A stretch of 64,000 bases of DNA from the NCBI RefSeq assembly GCF_006345805.1, contig NC_043023.1, positions 16,058,001 to 16,122,000 on the forward strand. Reading direction: 5' to 3'. Made by a program: the position numbers and the translations under genes. The DNA is from Octopus sinensis. Its lineage: Eukaryota. The notes beneath the pieces are model-generated. The model ran no database searches and was not told the DNA's origin. It saw nothing but the letters and a program-made list of their open reading frames with translations. This document shows, piece after piece, positions 54,012 through 64,000 of this stretch (its first letter is position 1; each line of letters starts with the position of its first letter).

Positions 54012-55462
54012 CCCTTTTGGTCATTGAATACACTCTGTGGCTTGCGGGACCTCCTTTTCTGCCAATCGGTTGCAAAGTTACCCTTTGACGGCTGAGTGGA
54101 CTGGAGCAATGAAGTGAAAAGAAGTGTTTTGACATGTTTTCTCAAGCACAGCAAATCCCAAGAAGTCCCTTTTGATCATTGAATACACTATGTGGCTTGC
54201 GGGACCTCCGTTTGGGGGATTTTTCTGCCAATCGGTTGCAAAGTTACACTTTGACGGCTGAGTGGACTGGAGCAATGCAGAAGTGTTTTGACATGTTTTC
54301 TCAAGCACAGCAAATCCCAAGAAGTCCCTTTTGATCATTGAATACACTATGTGGCTTGCGGGACCTCCGTTTGGGGGATTTTTCTGAGACACCATTTCAC
54401 CCTTTTCTGCCAATCGGTTGCAAAGTTACCCTTTGACGGCTGAGTGGACTGGAGCAATGCAGTGAAAAGAAGTGTTTTGACATGTTTTCTCAAGCACAGC
54501 AAATCACAAGAAGTCTTTTTTGGTCATTGAATACAATATGTGGCTTGCGGGACCTCCGTTTGGAGGATTTTTCTGAGTCACCATTTCACCCTTTTCTGCC
54601 AATCGGTTGCAAAGTTACCCTTTGACGGCTGAGTGGACTGGAGCAATGCAGTGAAAAGAAGTGTTTTGACATGTTTTCTCAAGCACAGCAAATCACAAGA
54701 AGTCCCTTTTGATCATTGAATACACTATGTGGCTTGCGGGACCTCCGTTTGGGGGATTTTTCTGAGTCACCATTTCACCCTTTTCTGCCAATCGGTTGCA
54801 AAATTACACTTTGACGGCTGAGTGGACTGGAGCAATGAAGTGAAAAGAAGTGTTTTGACATGTTTTCTCAAGCACAGCAAATCCCAAGAAGTCCCTTTTG
54901 ATCATTGAATACACTATGTGGCTTGAGGGACCTCCGTTTGGGGGATTTTTCTGAGTCACCATTTCACCCTTTTCTGCCAATCGGTTGCAAAGTTACCCTT
55001 TGCCGGCTGAGTGGACTGGGACAATGAAATGAAATCAAGTGTTTTGACATGTTTTCTCAAGCACAGCAAATCCCAAGAAGTCCCTTTTGATCATTGAATA
55101 CACTATGTAGCTTGCGGGACCTCCGTTTGGGGGATTTTTCTGATTCACCATTTCACCCTTTTCTGCCAATCGGTTGCAAAGTTACCCTTTGACAGCTGAG
55201 TGGACTGGAGCAATGCAGTGAAAAGAAATGTTTTGACATGTTTTCTCAAGCACAGCAAATCACAAGAAGTCCCTTTTGATCATTGAATACACTATGTGGC
55301 TTGCGGGACCTCCGTTTGGGGGATTTTTCTGAGTCACCATTTCACCCTTTTCTGCCAATCGGTTGCAAAGTTACCCTTTGACGGCTGAGTGGACTGGAGC
55401 AATGAAGTGAAAAGAAGTGTTTTGACATGTTTTCTCAAGCACAGCAAATCCCAAGAAGTCCC
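54012..55462. repeat. 189-bp tandem repeat, about 8 copies
   Basis: CCTTTTCTGCCAATCGG starts at 54401, 54590, 54779, 54968, 55157 and 55346. The first copies are shorter. Confidence 0.97.
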
Positions 55463-55568
55463 AGTCACTTGTCATCACCTCTATGAGACTCAGCATCCAA
55501 AGATCATATTTCACAATCGAGTTGCCAGGTCATAGTCCTAGTTATATCTACAAGTGTTAAATATTATT

Positions 55569-56127
55569 GCGCAATGGCCCAGTGGTTAGGGCAGCGGACT
55601 CGTGGTCGTAGGATCGCGGTTTCGATTCCCAGACCGGGTGTTGTGAGTGTTTATTGAGCGAAAACACATAAAGCTCCACGAGGCTCCGGTAGGGGATGGT
55701 GGTGATCCCTGCTGTACTCTTTCACCACAACTTCCTCTCACTCTTACTTCCTGTTTCTGTTGTACCTGTATTTCAAAGGGCCAGCCTTGTCACTCTCTGT
55801 GTCACGCTGAATATCCCTCAGAACTACGTTAAGGGTACACGTGTCTGTGGAGTGCTCAGCCACTTACACATTAATTTCACGAGCAGGCTTTTCCGTTGAT
55901 TCGGATCAACCGGAACCATCGTCGTCGTAACCGACGGAGTGCTTCCATCTATTTCAAGGGGCTGGCCTTGTCACTCTCTGTGTCACGCTGAATATCCCCG
56001 AGAACTACGTTAAGGGTACACGTGTCTGTGGAGTGCTCAGCCACTTACACGTTAATTTCACGAGCAGGCTGTTCCGTTGATTCGGATCAACCGGAACCAT
56101 CGTCGTCGTAACTGACGGAGCGCTTCC
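55569..56127 (+). mobile_element. tRNA-derived SINE (family E) with a duplicated 3' part
   Basis: Head GCGCAATGGCCCAGTGGTTAGGGC...GGTTTCGATTCC. The block TTTCAAAGGG...GACGGAG(T/C)GCTTCC is present twice. Confidence 0.8.
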
Positions 56128-56219
56128 ATTATTTAATTATTATAACATAAATATTAAACAATCCTGTTGATCAAATGTTAAATCTGAAAATCAAAACTTT
56201 ATGTTTTTATCTCTTACAG

Positions 56220-56258
56220 GTTTGGCAAGCGCAGGAATTTATGATATTATCCAAAGTG
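56220..56258 (+). CDS. Coding exon 2 (39-nt micro-exon): (C)LASA-GIYDIIQS(E), the end of the signal peptide
   Basis: Acceptor TTTTTATCTCTTACAG| and donor G|GTAAAT. Phase 1-1 and open in frame. It completes an A-x-A signal peptidase motif. Confidence 0.8.
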
Positions 56259-56269
56259 GTAAATGGATT

Positions 56270-57885
56270 ATCAAACCCTTTTCTCCCCTTTTAAACTAGG
56301 CATTACCTTTTCAGTTCCGTCTTCTATTTCTTTCCCTCAACTCATAACTTTCAGCCAATCTTTTGCTTTTCAAAATATTTTCGCTTATCTCTTAATTGTT
56401 TTTTAACTTTCTTATTTCAAACTTGGACGGTGGGTCAAGGCTGATGTTAAGATCCAAATTTCTTGGCACAATCTTAGCTATTGTGTCTGGAGGTAGTCTA
56501 CTGAGCAAATCTTCAAAATGCTCCTTCCATCGAATTTTTGATCTAGGATTAATCTTAGCATCCGGCCACCCTTCCCTTTCACCATTTCACCCTTTTCTGC
56601 CAATCGGTTGCAAAGTTACACTTTGACGGCTGAGTGGACTGGAGCAATGCAGTGAAAAGAAGTTTGGTGGAAGATTTAATTCAAAACTCATGAAAACAAG
56701 ACATTTGTACTACAGGGTCAGAGGTGGTTTCAGCCAGGTTGGTATCAAAAGGGTTAAGAATTGTTTCTCTATTATATATTTTAACCCTTTTGTTACCATA
56801 TTTCTGTTGAGATGCTCTGTGTTCCTTTCAATTAATTTTAAATATAACAAAGAATTTAGTAAAATAACTTAGTTATCATTAAGCTAGTGTTAGGAACATA
56901 AATTGTGACTAAGGTTTGGTGGAAGATTTTAATTCAAGACTTATGAAAACAAGACATTTGTACTACAGGGTCAGAGGTGGTTTCAGCCAGGTTGGTATCA
57001 AAAGGGTTAAGAATTGTTTCTCTATTATATATTTTTAAAGATGATAGGAGAAAGCTTTTTATGAAAAAAAACAATTTTTGAAAATTTATTAAAAAAAAAA
57101 TTGGTTGTCTCACATAATTTTCTACTCTTACTCTCTTCTCGGATATTAATTTACTTGTGTCGTACAACTCTTTAATGTTCTGGCCCTGAGCTGCACTTTC
57201 TGCTGTCTTTGCTAAATTTTCAAAGTATTTTCTCTTGTCTCTTAATTGTTTTTTAACTTTCTTATTTCAAACTTGGACGGTGGGTCAAGGCTGATGTTAA
57301 GATCCAAATTTCTTGGCACAATCTTAGCTATTGTGTCTGGAGGTAGTCTACTTAGCAAATCTTCAAAATGCTCCTTCCATCGATTTTTTTTTGATCTAGG
57401 ATTAATCTTAGCATCCGGCCACTCTTCCCTTTTACTGCCTTTTCTACTCTTACTCTCTTCTCGGATATTAATTTACTTGTGTTGTACAACTCTTTCATGT
57501 TCTGGCCCTGAGCTGCACTTTCTGCTGTCTTTGCTAAATTTTCAAAATATTTTCGCTTGTCCCTTAATTGTTTTTTAACTTCCTTATTTTCTAATTTCCC
57601 TGACATTTATTTATCTCTACTTCTAAGCTTGACAATTGTAATTTTTCCTTTCGCTTCTTTCTTACTTCTAAGGCTATTAGTGTCTCTTGTGATCAAGTCT
57701 TATTCTTTCTCTTTACACACCCTACGCATTCTTCTAATAATGAAATGAAAGCACCCTTCATTTTCGACCAAGTATTTTCTATTGTATCGCCTTGCATCCG
57801 GTATTAACAAACCCTTTTCCCCCTTTTAAACTAGACATTATCTTTTCAGTTCTGTCTTCTATTTCTTTCCCTCAACTCAAAGCTT
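56270..57885 (-). mobile_element. Scrambled and duplicated RTE-clade LINE fragments interleaved with an orphan 189-bp unit and piggyBac MITEs (56660-57010)
   Basis: Minus-strand peptides KRKYFENLAKTAESAAQGQNMKELYN and WKEHFEDLLSRLPP...DPPSKFEIRK, present twice. Confidence 0.75.
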
Positions 57886-58540
57886 TTAGTCACTGCTTAT
57901 TCGACGACTGGCACCCATGCCAACCGTCCTTCATTAGACACTAAACTCTGCTTGCGAAGACCTGTCAGGGCAAGTGTAATCGAAATTGAACCAAATTCGT
58001 GGACTGGCACCTGTGCCAGTGGAGCGCTAACAGCTCCATCCAAGTAGGATTGGTATTTAATTAAGTATCTATTGTTTGCCATGGTAATGATGCAAACTGC
58101 CAATACAAAAAATATTGTCACACACAACATGGACAAAATTTCTTCTTAAGAAAAAATACATATTCGAATAAGTAAAACATAATATCATGAATAGTGATAG
58201 TGAAACCGGTCGATATATTAAAAATTATATTAAAACTATGTAAAGTGTGCGTATTTTCCTTTTTTAATTTCTTATATAAATTACAACTCACCATGTGTGG
58301 ATAATCGAAATTCCTCCTTTCTGTTACTACTATATATATATAAAATTTATCCCCTTTGCAAATATAAGGACAGAGGAAATGTGTCAAAGCCGACAGGAAG
58401 CGTCGATGTTTCCTAGAGTTAAATGGCACTGGGTAATTCCCTTACAGGACTGTCACATTAAGTTGACAGTATACGACCACTATATATACATATACAACTT
58501 ATAAATAAGGGCTAAAGAAAATTATTTCTATGCCAATAGT

Positions 58541-59062
<522 letters not shown>

Positions 59063-59243
59063 AATACATATACATAAAAACAAAGGGCTTCTTTCAGTTT
59101 CTGCCTACCAAATCCACTCACAAGGCTTTGGTGGGCCAGAGACTATACTAGAAGACACTTGCCCAAGGTGCCACACAGTGGGACTGAACCCAGAACCATA
59201 TGTGATTGGGAAGCAAATTTCTTATCTGATTTCTTTCTTTCAG

Positions 59244-59492
59244 AAAATATTAAACTGAACGGAAAAGCCAATCTCAGTATTACAGTACCGAATATGCGAA
59301 GACCAGTGGTTTGGCAGTGCCAGAATTATAAATATGAATGCGACAGGACATGCGCTAACGGCACTAATTACCAGGTTAGCCACAGTGGGAATACTTCTAT
59401 GCTCTTAATCAGAAAAGTAACAAAGGACTGTTTGACTTGGGCGTTTGCAGACGACAATATCAACCTTGGAAGAACCAAATTGACGATAAACA
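59244..59492 (+). CDS. Coding exon 3 (249 nt): atypical Ig-like domain
   Basis: Acceptor TTTCTTTCTTTCAG| and donor A|GTAAGG. Phase 1-1 with 83 open codons. It shows alternating beta-strand patterns (LSITV, VVWQC, SMLLIRKV, TKLTI) and three N-glycosylation sequons. Confidence 0.88.
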
Positions 59493-59514
59493 GTAAGGAA
59501 GCAATTCATAATAC

Positions 59515-60205
59515 TCTTTACTCTTTTACTTGTTTCAGTCATTTGACTGCGGCCATGCTGGAGCACCGCCTTTAGTCGAGCAACTCGACCCCAGGACTTG
59601 ATCTTTTGTAAGCCCAGTACTTATTCTATCGGTCTCTCTTTTGCCGAATCGCTAAGTTTACTCTTTTACTTGTTTCAGTCATTTGACTGCGGCCATGCTG
59701 GAGCACCGCCTTTAGTCGAGCAACTCGACCCCAGGACTTAATCTTTTGTAAGCCCAGTACTTATTCTATCGGTCTCTTTTGCCGAACCGCAAAGTAACGG
59801 GGACATAAACATGCCAGCATCAGTTGTCAAGCAATGCTAGGGGGACAAACACAGACACACAAACGCATATATATATATATATATACGACGGGCTTCTTTC
59901 AGTTTCTGTCTACCAAATCCACTCGCAAGGCTTTGGTCGGCCTGAGGCTATAGCAGAAGACACTTGCCCAAGATGCCACGCAGTGGGAATGAACCCGGAA
60001 CCATGTGGTTGGTAAACAAGCTACTTACCACACAGCCACTCCTGTGCCTATATACGATGGGCTTCTTTCAGTTTCCGTCTACCAAATCCACTCACAAGGC
60101 TTTGGTCGGCCCGGGGCTATAGTAGAAGACACTCGCCCAAAGTGCCATGCAGTGGGACTGAACCCGGAACCATGTGGTTGGTAAGCAAGCTACTTACCAC
60201 ACAGT
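59515..60205 (-). mobile_element. Family A SINE with a duplicated tail and a duplicated head
   Basis: Reverse complement of family A segments. Confidence 0.85.
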
Positions 60206-60419
60206 AATATTAATAATTCCTTTATAAGTCACAGAAGGCTAACACAAAGAAAAACATTGAAGATGGTACAGTGTGGGTTTTAGTCTCATATAACAAGTGG
60301 GGTAGTAATCTGAGGCTTATACATAAAGAAAACCCACAAAATCCATGATCACCCTGACCATCAAGGTGAGTAGTGGAGGCATATGGCCTAGTGGTTAGAG
60401 AAGTGGACTTGCGGTTATG

Positions 60420-61200
60420 GATAGAAAATTCACAAAAATGTCACTTCTATTGATTTTTTAATGGCTTTGCGGGGTGACTGGGGAAATGTAAAGATGTGCA
60501 CGACCACCCTTGGATAGTTTTGAATGACCATAGAAAGTGCAAGCCCGCTAACTGAAAAATTGTGGAATTTGTATAAAGGACACACACACACACAGACAGA
60601 CATTTGCCCTTTATATATAGAGAGACTAGCATTATGACCCGGCGACGCCGGGCCATAGTGCTAGTGCATGCATATACAGCTGCGTGCATGCGCACATACA
60701 CTTGAGTACTGTCCAAATCTCCGACCAATCACATACAGCTAGCTGTGGAGACACATGGCCTAGTGGTTAGAGCATCGGACTCGCAGTCGAGGGATCGCGG
60801 GTTCGAATCTCAGACCGGGTAATGTGTGTGTTTATGTTCAAAACACCTAAGCTCCACGTGGCTCGGCAGAAGGTAATGGCGAAACTTCTGCTGACTCTTT
60901 CGCCACAACTTTCTCTCACTCTTTCCTCCTGCATCTTGCAGCTCACCTGCGATGGACCGGCGTCCCATCCAGGTGGGAAACCTATATGCCAAGAAACCGG
61001 GAAACTGGCCCTTATGAGCTAGGCATGGCTCAAGAAGGAACAACCATACAGCTAGCTGGCATTAAATTGGCGTATCAAGTTTCGGGCATTTTGCTTGGGT
61101 TTTGGATAGAAAATTCACAAAAAGTCACTTCTATTGATTTTTTAATGGCTTTGAAATTTGAATGTGAAGTTTTAAATTAGTTCACTTCAAAGCTTTTGTT
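60420..61200 (+). mobile_element. Helitron-like fragments (60420-60735, 61040-61200) interrupted by a tRNA-derived SINE (60746-61045)
   Basis: ACAGACAGAC...TTTATATATAGAGAG|ACTAGCATTATGACCCGGCGACGCCGGG junction. The SINE head is GGAGACACATGGCCTAGTGGTTAGAGC...GGTTCGAATC. Confidence 0.6.
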
Positions 61201-61219
61201 AGTATATTTCTGTTAAAAT

Positions 61220-61862
61220 ATACAGCCTTTGTTATCGGTTATTTTGAAAACCTATGAAGAATTTAGTGAAATAATTTAATTATCATTCAGCTAGTGTTAG
61301 GAACATAAATTGTGACTAAGGTTTGGTGGAAGATTTTAATTCAAAACTTATGAAAACAAGATATTTGTACTCAGAGCCAGAGCCAGTTTCAGCCGGGTTG
61401 GTATCAAAAGGGTTAAGAATTGTTTCTCTATTATATATTTTAACCCTTTTGTTACCATATTTCTGTTGAGATGCTCTGTGTTTCTTTCAATTAATTTTAA
61501 ATATAACAAAGAATTTAGTAAAATAACTTAGTTATCATTAAGCTAGTGTTAGGAACATAAATTGTGACTAAGGTTTGGTGGAAGATTTTAATTAAAAACT
61601 TATGAAAACAAGACATTTGTACTACAGGGTCAGATGTGGTTTCAGCCAGGTTGGTATCAAAAGGGTTAAGAATTGTTTCTCTATTATATATTTTTAAAGA
61701 TGATAAGAGAAAGCTTTTTATGAAAAAAAACAATTTTTGAAAATTTATTTTTAAAAAAATTGGTTGTCTCACATACTACATAGACAGCACATACATACCT
61801 CCACAAGATGAAACTTAGGATTTGTCGGTATTAATGTGTGTGTAATAACTAAATTTTTTCTA
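61220..61862 (+). mobile_element. Two tandem piggyBac-type MITEs plus a unique tail (third copy of the composite block)
   Basis: Same units and spacer as 41621-42857, and the same tail as 27300-27463. Confidence 0.8.
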
Positions 61863-62061
61863 CATTGACCTTTGATGTAATAATATACACACACTAAAAT
61901 ATATACTTTGTTCTTATTAAGCTGCTGTTTGGAACAAAAGTTAACATGAAATTTTAAGGAAAGGTTTTAATTTGAATCACTTTAAAACAGGGGATTTACA
62001 CCATGGAAACAAGGGCAGTCTTGGGCAAGTTGGTATGAAGAGTGTATATAAATGATATACT

Positions 62062-62643
62062 CTCTTTACTCTTTTACTTGTTTCAGTCATTTGACTGCGG
62101 CCATGCTGGAGCACCGCCTTTAGTCGAGCAACTCGACCCCGGGACTTATTCTTTTTGTAAGCCCAGTACTTATTCTATCGGTCTCTTTTTACCGAACCGC
62201 TAAGTGACGGGGACGTAAACACACCAGCATCGGTTGTCAAGCAATGCTAGGGGGACAAACACAGACACAAACATATATACACACATACATACATATATAT
62301 ATATACATATATACGACAGGCTTCTTTCAGTTTCCGTCTACCAAATCCACTCACAAGGCTTTGGTCGGCCCGAGGCTATAGCAGAAGACACTTGCCCAAG
62401 ATGCCACGCAGTGGGACTGAACCCGGAACCATGTGGTTGGTAAACAAGCTACTTACTACACAGCCACTCCTGTGCCTATATACGATGGGCTTCTTTCAGT
62501 TTCCGTCTACCAAATCCACTCACAAGGCTTTGGTCGGCCCGAGGCTATAGCAGAAGACACTTGCCCAAGATGCCACGCAGTGGGACTGAACCCGGAACCA
62601 TGTGGTTGGTAAACAAGCTACTTACCACACAGCCACTCCTACG
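62062..62643 (-). mobile_element. Family A SINE with a duplicated head
   Basis: Reverse complement of family A. Confidence 0.85.
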
Positions 62644-62704
62644 CCTTGTAATATGTCTTATTTATTTTATTTTTTTAATTTTATTTTATCTAGTTTCAGC
62701 TCAT

Positions 62705-63190
62705 GGGCTGTGGCCATGCTGGGGCACCGCCATTTGGTGTTGCTACTTGGTTTTACTTCATGAATGCTTTTTAGCAATTGCCATTTGGTGCATGAGAGAG
62801 TTCGATGCAGCTGCCCTCATCTGCACCTCCTGCTGTGAAGTTGGTTCATCTGGGATACCTGACAGGAAGAGATCCAGTTTTATTTTAAAGACATCTGCAT
62901 CCACCCCATGCAGGTCTCTCAGGTTCTTCGAGAGGATATTGAAGAGCTGTGGGCCTCGGAAGCCCAGGCTATCACAGTTTCTTGTCCTACATCTTGATGG
63001 CAAATTTGGAGTCCTTGGCACCACGCAGTGGCGCCCAGTTCTAGCATTTGTGTAACTCTCGATGCCAAATTTGGGACAAGTCCTTCCAGGATCTTCCAGA
63101 TGTATATTATGGCATATCTTTCTCGCCTACGCTCTAAGGAACAGAGTCTTAATCTCTTGAGTCTTGAGTACCGTAATACTGAGAGTGGTT
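62705..63190 (-). mobile_element. CR1/L2-group LINE 3' fragment
   Basis: RLKRLRLCSLERRRERYAIIYIWKILEGLVPN ... FRGPQLFNIL...FKIKLDLFLSGIPDEP, a typical post-RT C-terminus, frameshifted. Confidence 0.8.
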
Positions 63191-63208
63191 TATTGTTTAT
63201 CTTTGTAG

Positions 63209-63342
63209 GTGATACACCTGAGGCATCCGATGATATCCAAATGAAATCGTTTGCAGGTGGTGCACAAGGAACCAGCAGCCTCAGAACCAAGTCCATCCTT
63301 GTCATTGGGATGATAACAGCCGTCATCATTTATACATTTTAA
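63209..63342 (+). CDS. Coding exon 4: linker plus a C-terminal hydrophobic GPI-anchor-like signal, then stop
   Basis: Acceptor TTGTTTATCTTTGTAG|, phase 1. It reads (S)DTPEASDDIQMKSFAGGAQGTSSLRTKSILVIGMITAVIIYTF*. Confidence 0.85.
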
Positions 63343-63458
63343 GAAATACCAGTAATAATCTCAAGTGCTGGAAGGACACTCCTTTGATATTTAATCCAGT
63401 GCTATGTGGGTAGGAAGCAAGCATTTTACCACATAACCATGCCTGCCACCTATAATTT

Positions 63459-63464
63459 AATAAA
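63459..63464 (+). promoter_or_regulatory. Candidate polyadenylation signal (alternative at 63870-63875)
   Basis: AATAAA 117 nt after the stop codon. Confidence 0.4.
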
Positions 63465-63931
63465 TAAGAAATTTTATAAATTTGATTTTGATGTACACCA
63501 GCCTTGTTATAAACTTTTACTGTTTAAATTACTGCCACTCGATTTATGCTGTCAGCGTCATCGTCGAATCAACATCCAGTTTTCTAAAACCCCTGCTCTG
63601 ACTTACATATGTCTAACTCAGAAAAGCAGGGGAAAATATTGGTCAGAATCTCTGTGGATGATGATGATGATGTTGATGATTTCTATTAAAATTCACTGTC
63701 AATTTCAAAAATAATGAAGAATTTAATTAAAAAGCCTTTCCCATAATTAAGTTCAGATTTGGAATATAAATTAAAAAGAACTTTGAAATGGAAGGTTATA
63801 ATTTTGATAACTTCTAACTCTCTTGTATGAAATTTCCGTTTTTCTCTTAAAATATATTACCTATATTTCAATAAAGATTACGAAAATAACTTTGTCATTA
63901 TTAATCTGGTGTTTGGATTATAGATTGCGCG

Positions 63932-63976
<45 letters not shown>

Positions 63977-64000
63977 ATATACATACATATATATATATAT

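Noticed and set aside
58065-58130. Minus-strand signal-peptide-like ORF start MLCVTIFFVLAVCIITMA
   Set aside because: There is no nearby donor site and no downstream exon, the ORF runs into SINE sequence, and it is antisense within intron 2. It is likely chance in AT-rich DNA.
58182-58217. Possible hammerhead relic (ATATC...GAAACCGGTC-GATAT)
   Set aside because: The CUGANGA core and stem II are missing, so it is at best a decayed copy.
60235-60365. Extra exon for the Ig-like gene (CAG acceptor, GTGAGT donor)
   Set aside because: It is 131 nt, not a multiple of three, and the phase-1 reading hits TAA at the third codon.
60746-60820. tRNA-Arg-like gene (also 55569-55640 and family A/B heads)
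   Set aside because: The A and B boxes are present but the acceptor stem does not close, and the sequence continues into SINE bodies.

Overview
Repeat-dense eukaryotic genomic DNA. The SINE families, (TA)n load and style of the C2H2 array suggest an octopod cephalopod, which is an inference. Layout: (1) 1-13921 is a ~120-copy 116-bp satellite with local higher-order repeats, ending ~110 bp before a Penelope-type hammerhead ribozyme motif. (2) 20565-22866 (minus) is a ~27-finger C2H2 zinc-finger gene broken by one 2-nt frameshift, followed by decayed fingers. (3) A spliced plus-strand gene not visible in the ORF track has four coding exons: 43034-43073, 56220-56258, 59244-59492 and 63209-63342. 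All splice sites are GT-AG and all introns are phase 1. The exons join into a 153-aa protein with a signal peptide, one atypical Ig-like domain and a probable GPI-anchor signal (Thy-1-like architecture). (4) Intron 1 of that gene holds a head-to-tail train of R4/Dong-like retrotransposons separated by (AAT)n. (5) Several hammerhead motifs occur: one fully canonical, one with an extra A, and three with A6U. (6) The remainder is tRNA-derived SINEs, piggyBac/hAT/Tc1 MITEs, Helitron-like elements, LINE fragments and mini/microsatellites. All calls were made by eye, no database searches were run, and repeat boundaries are approximate.
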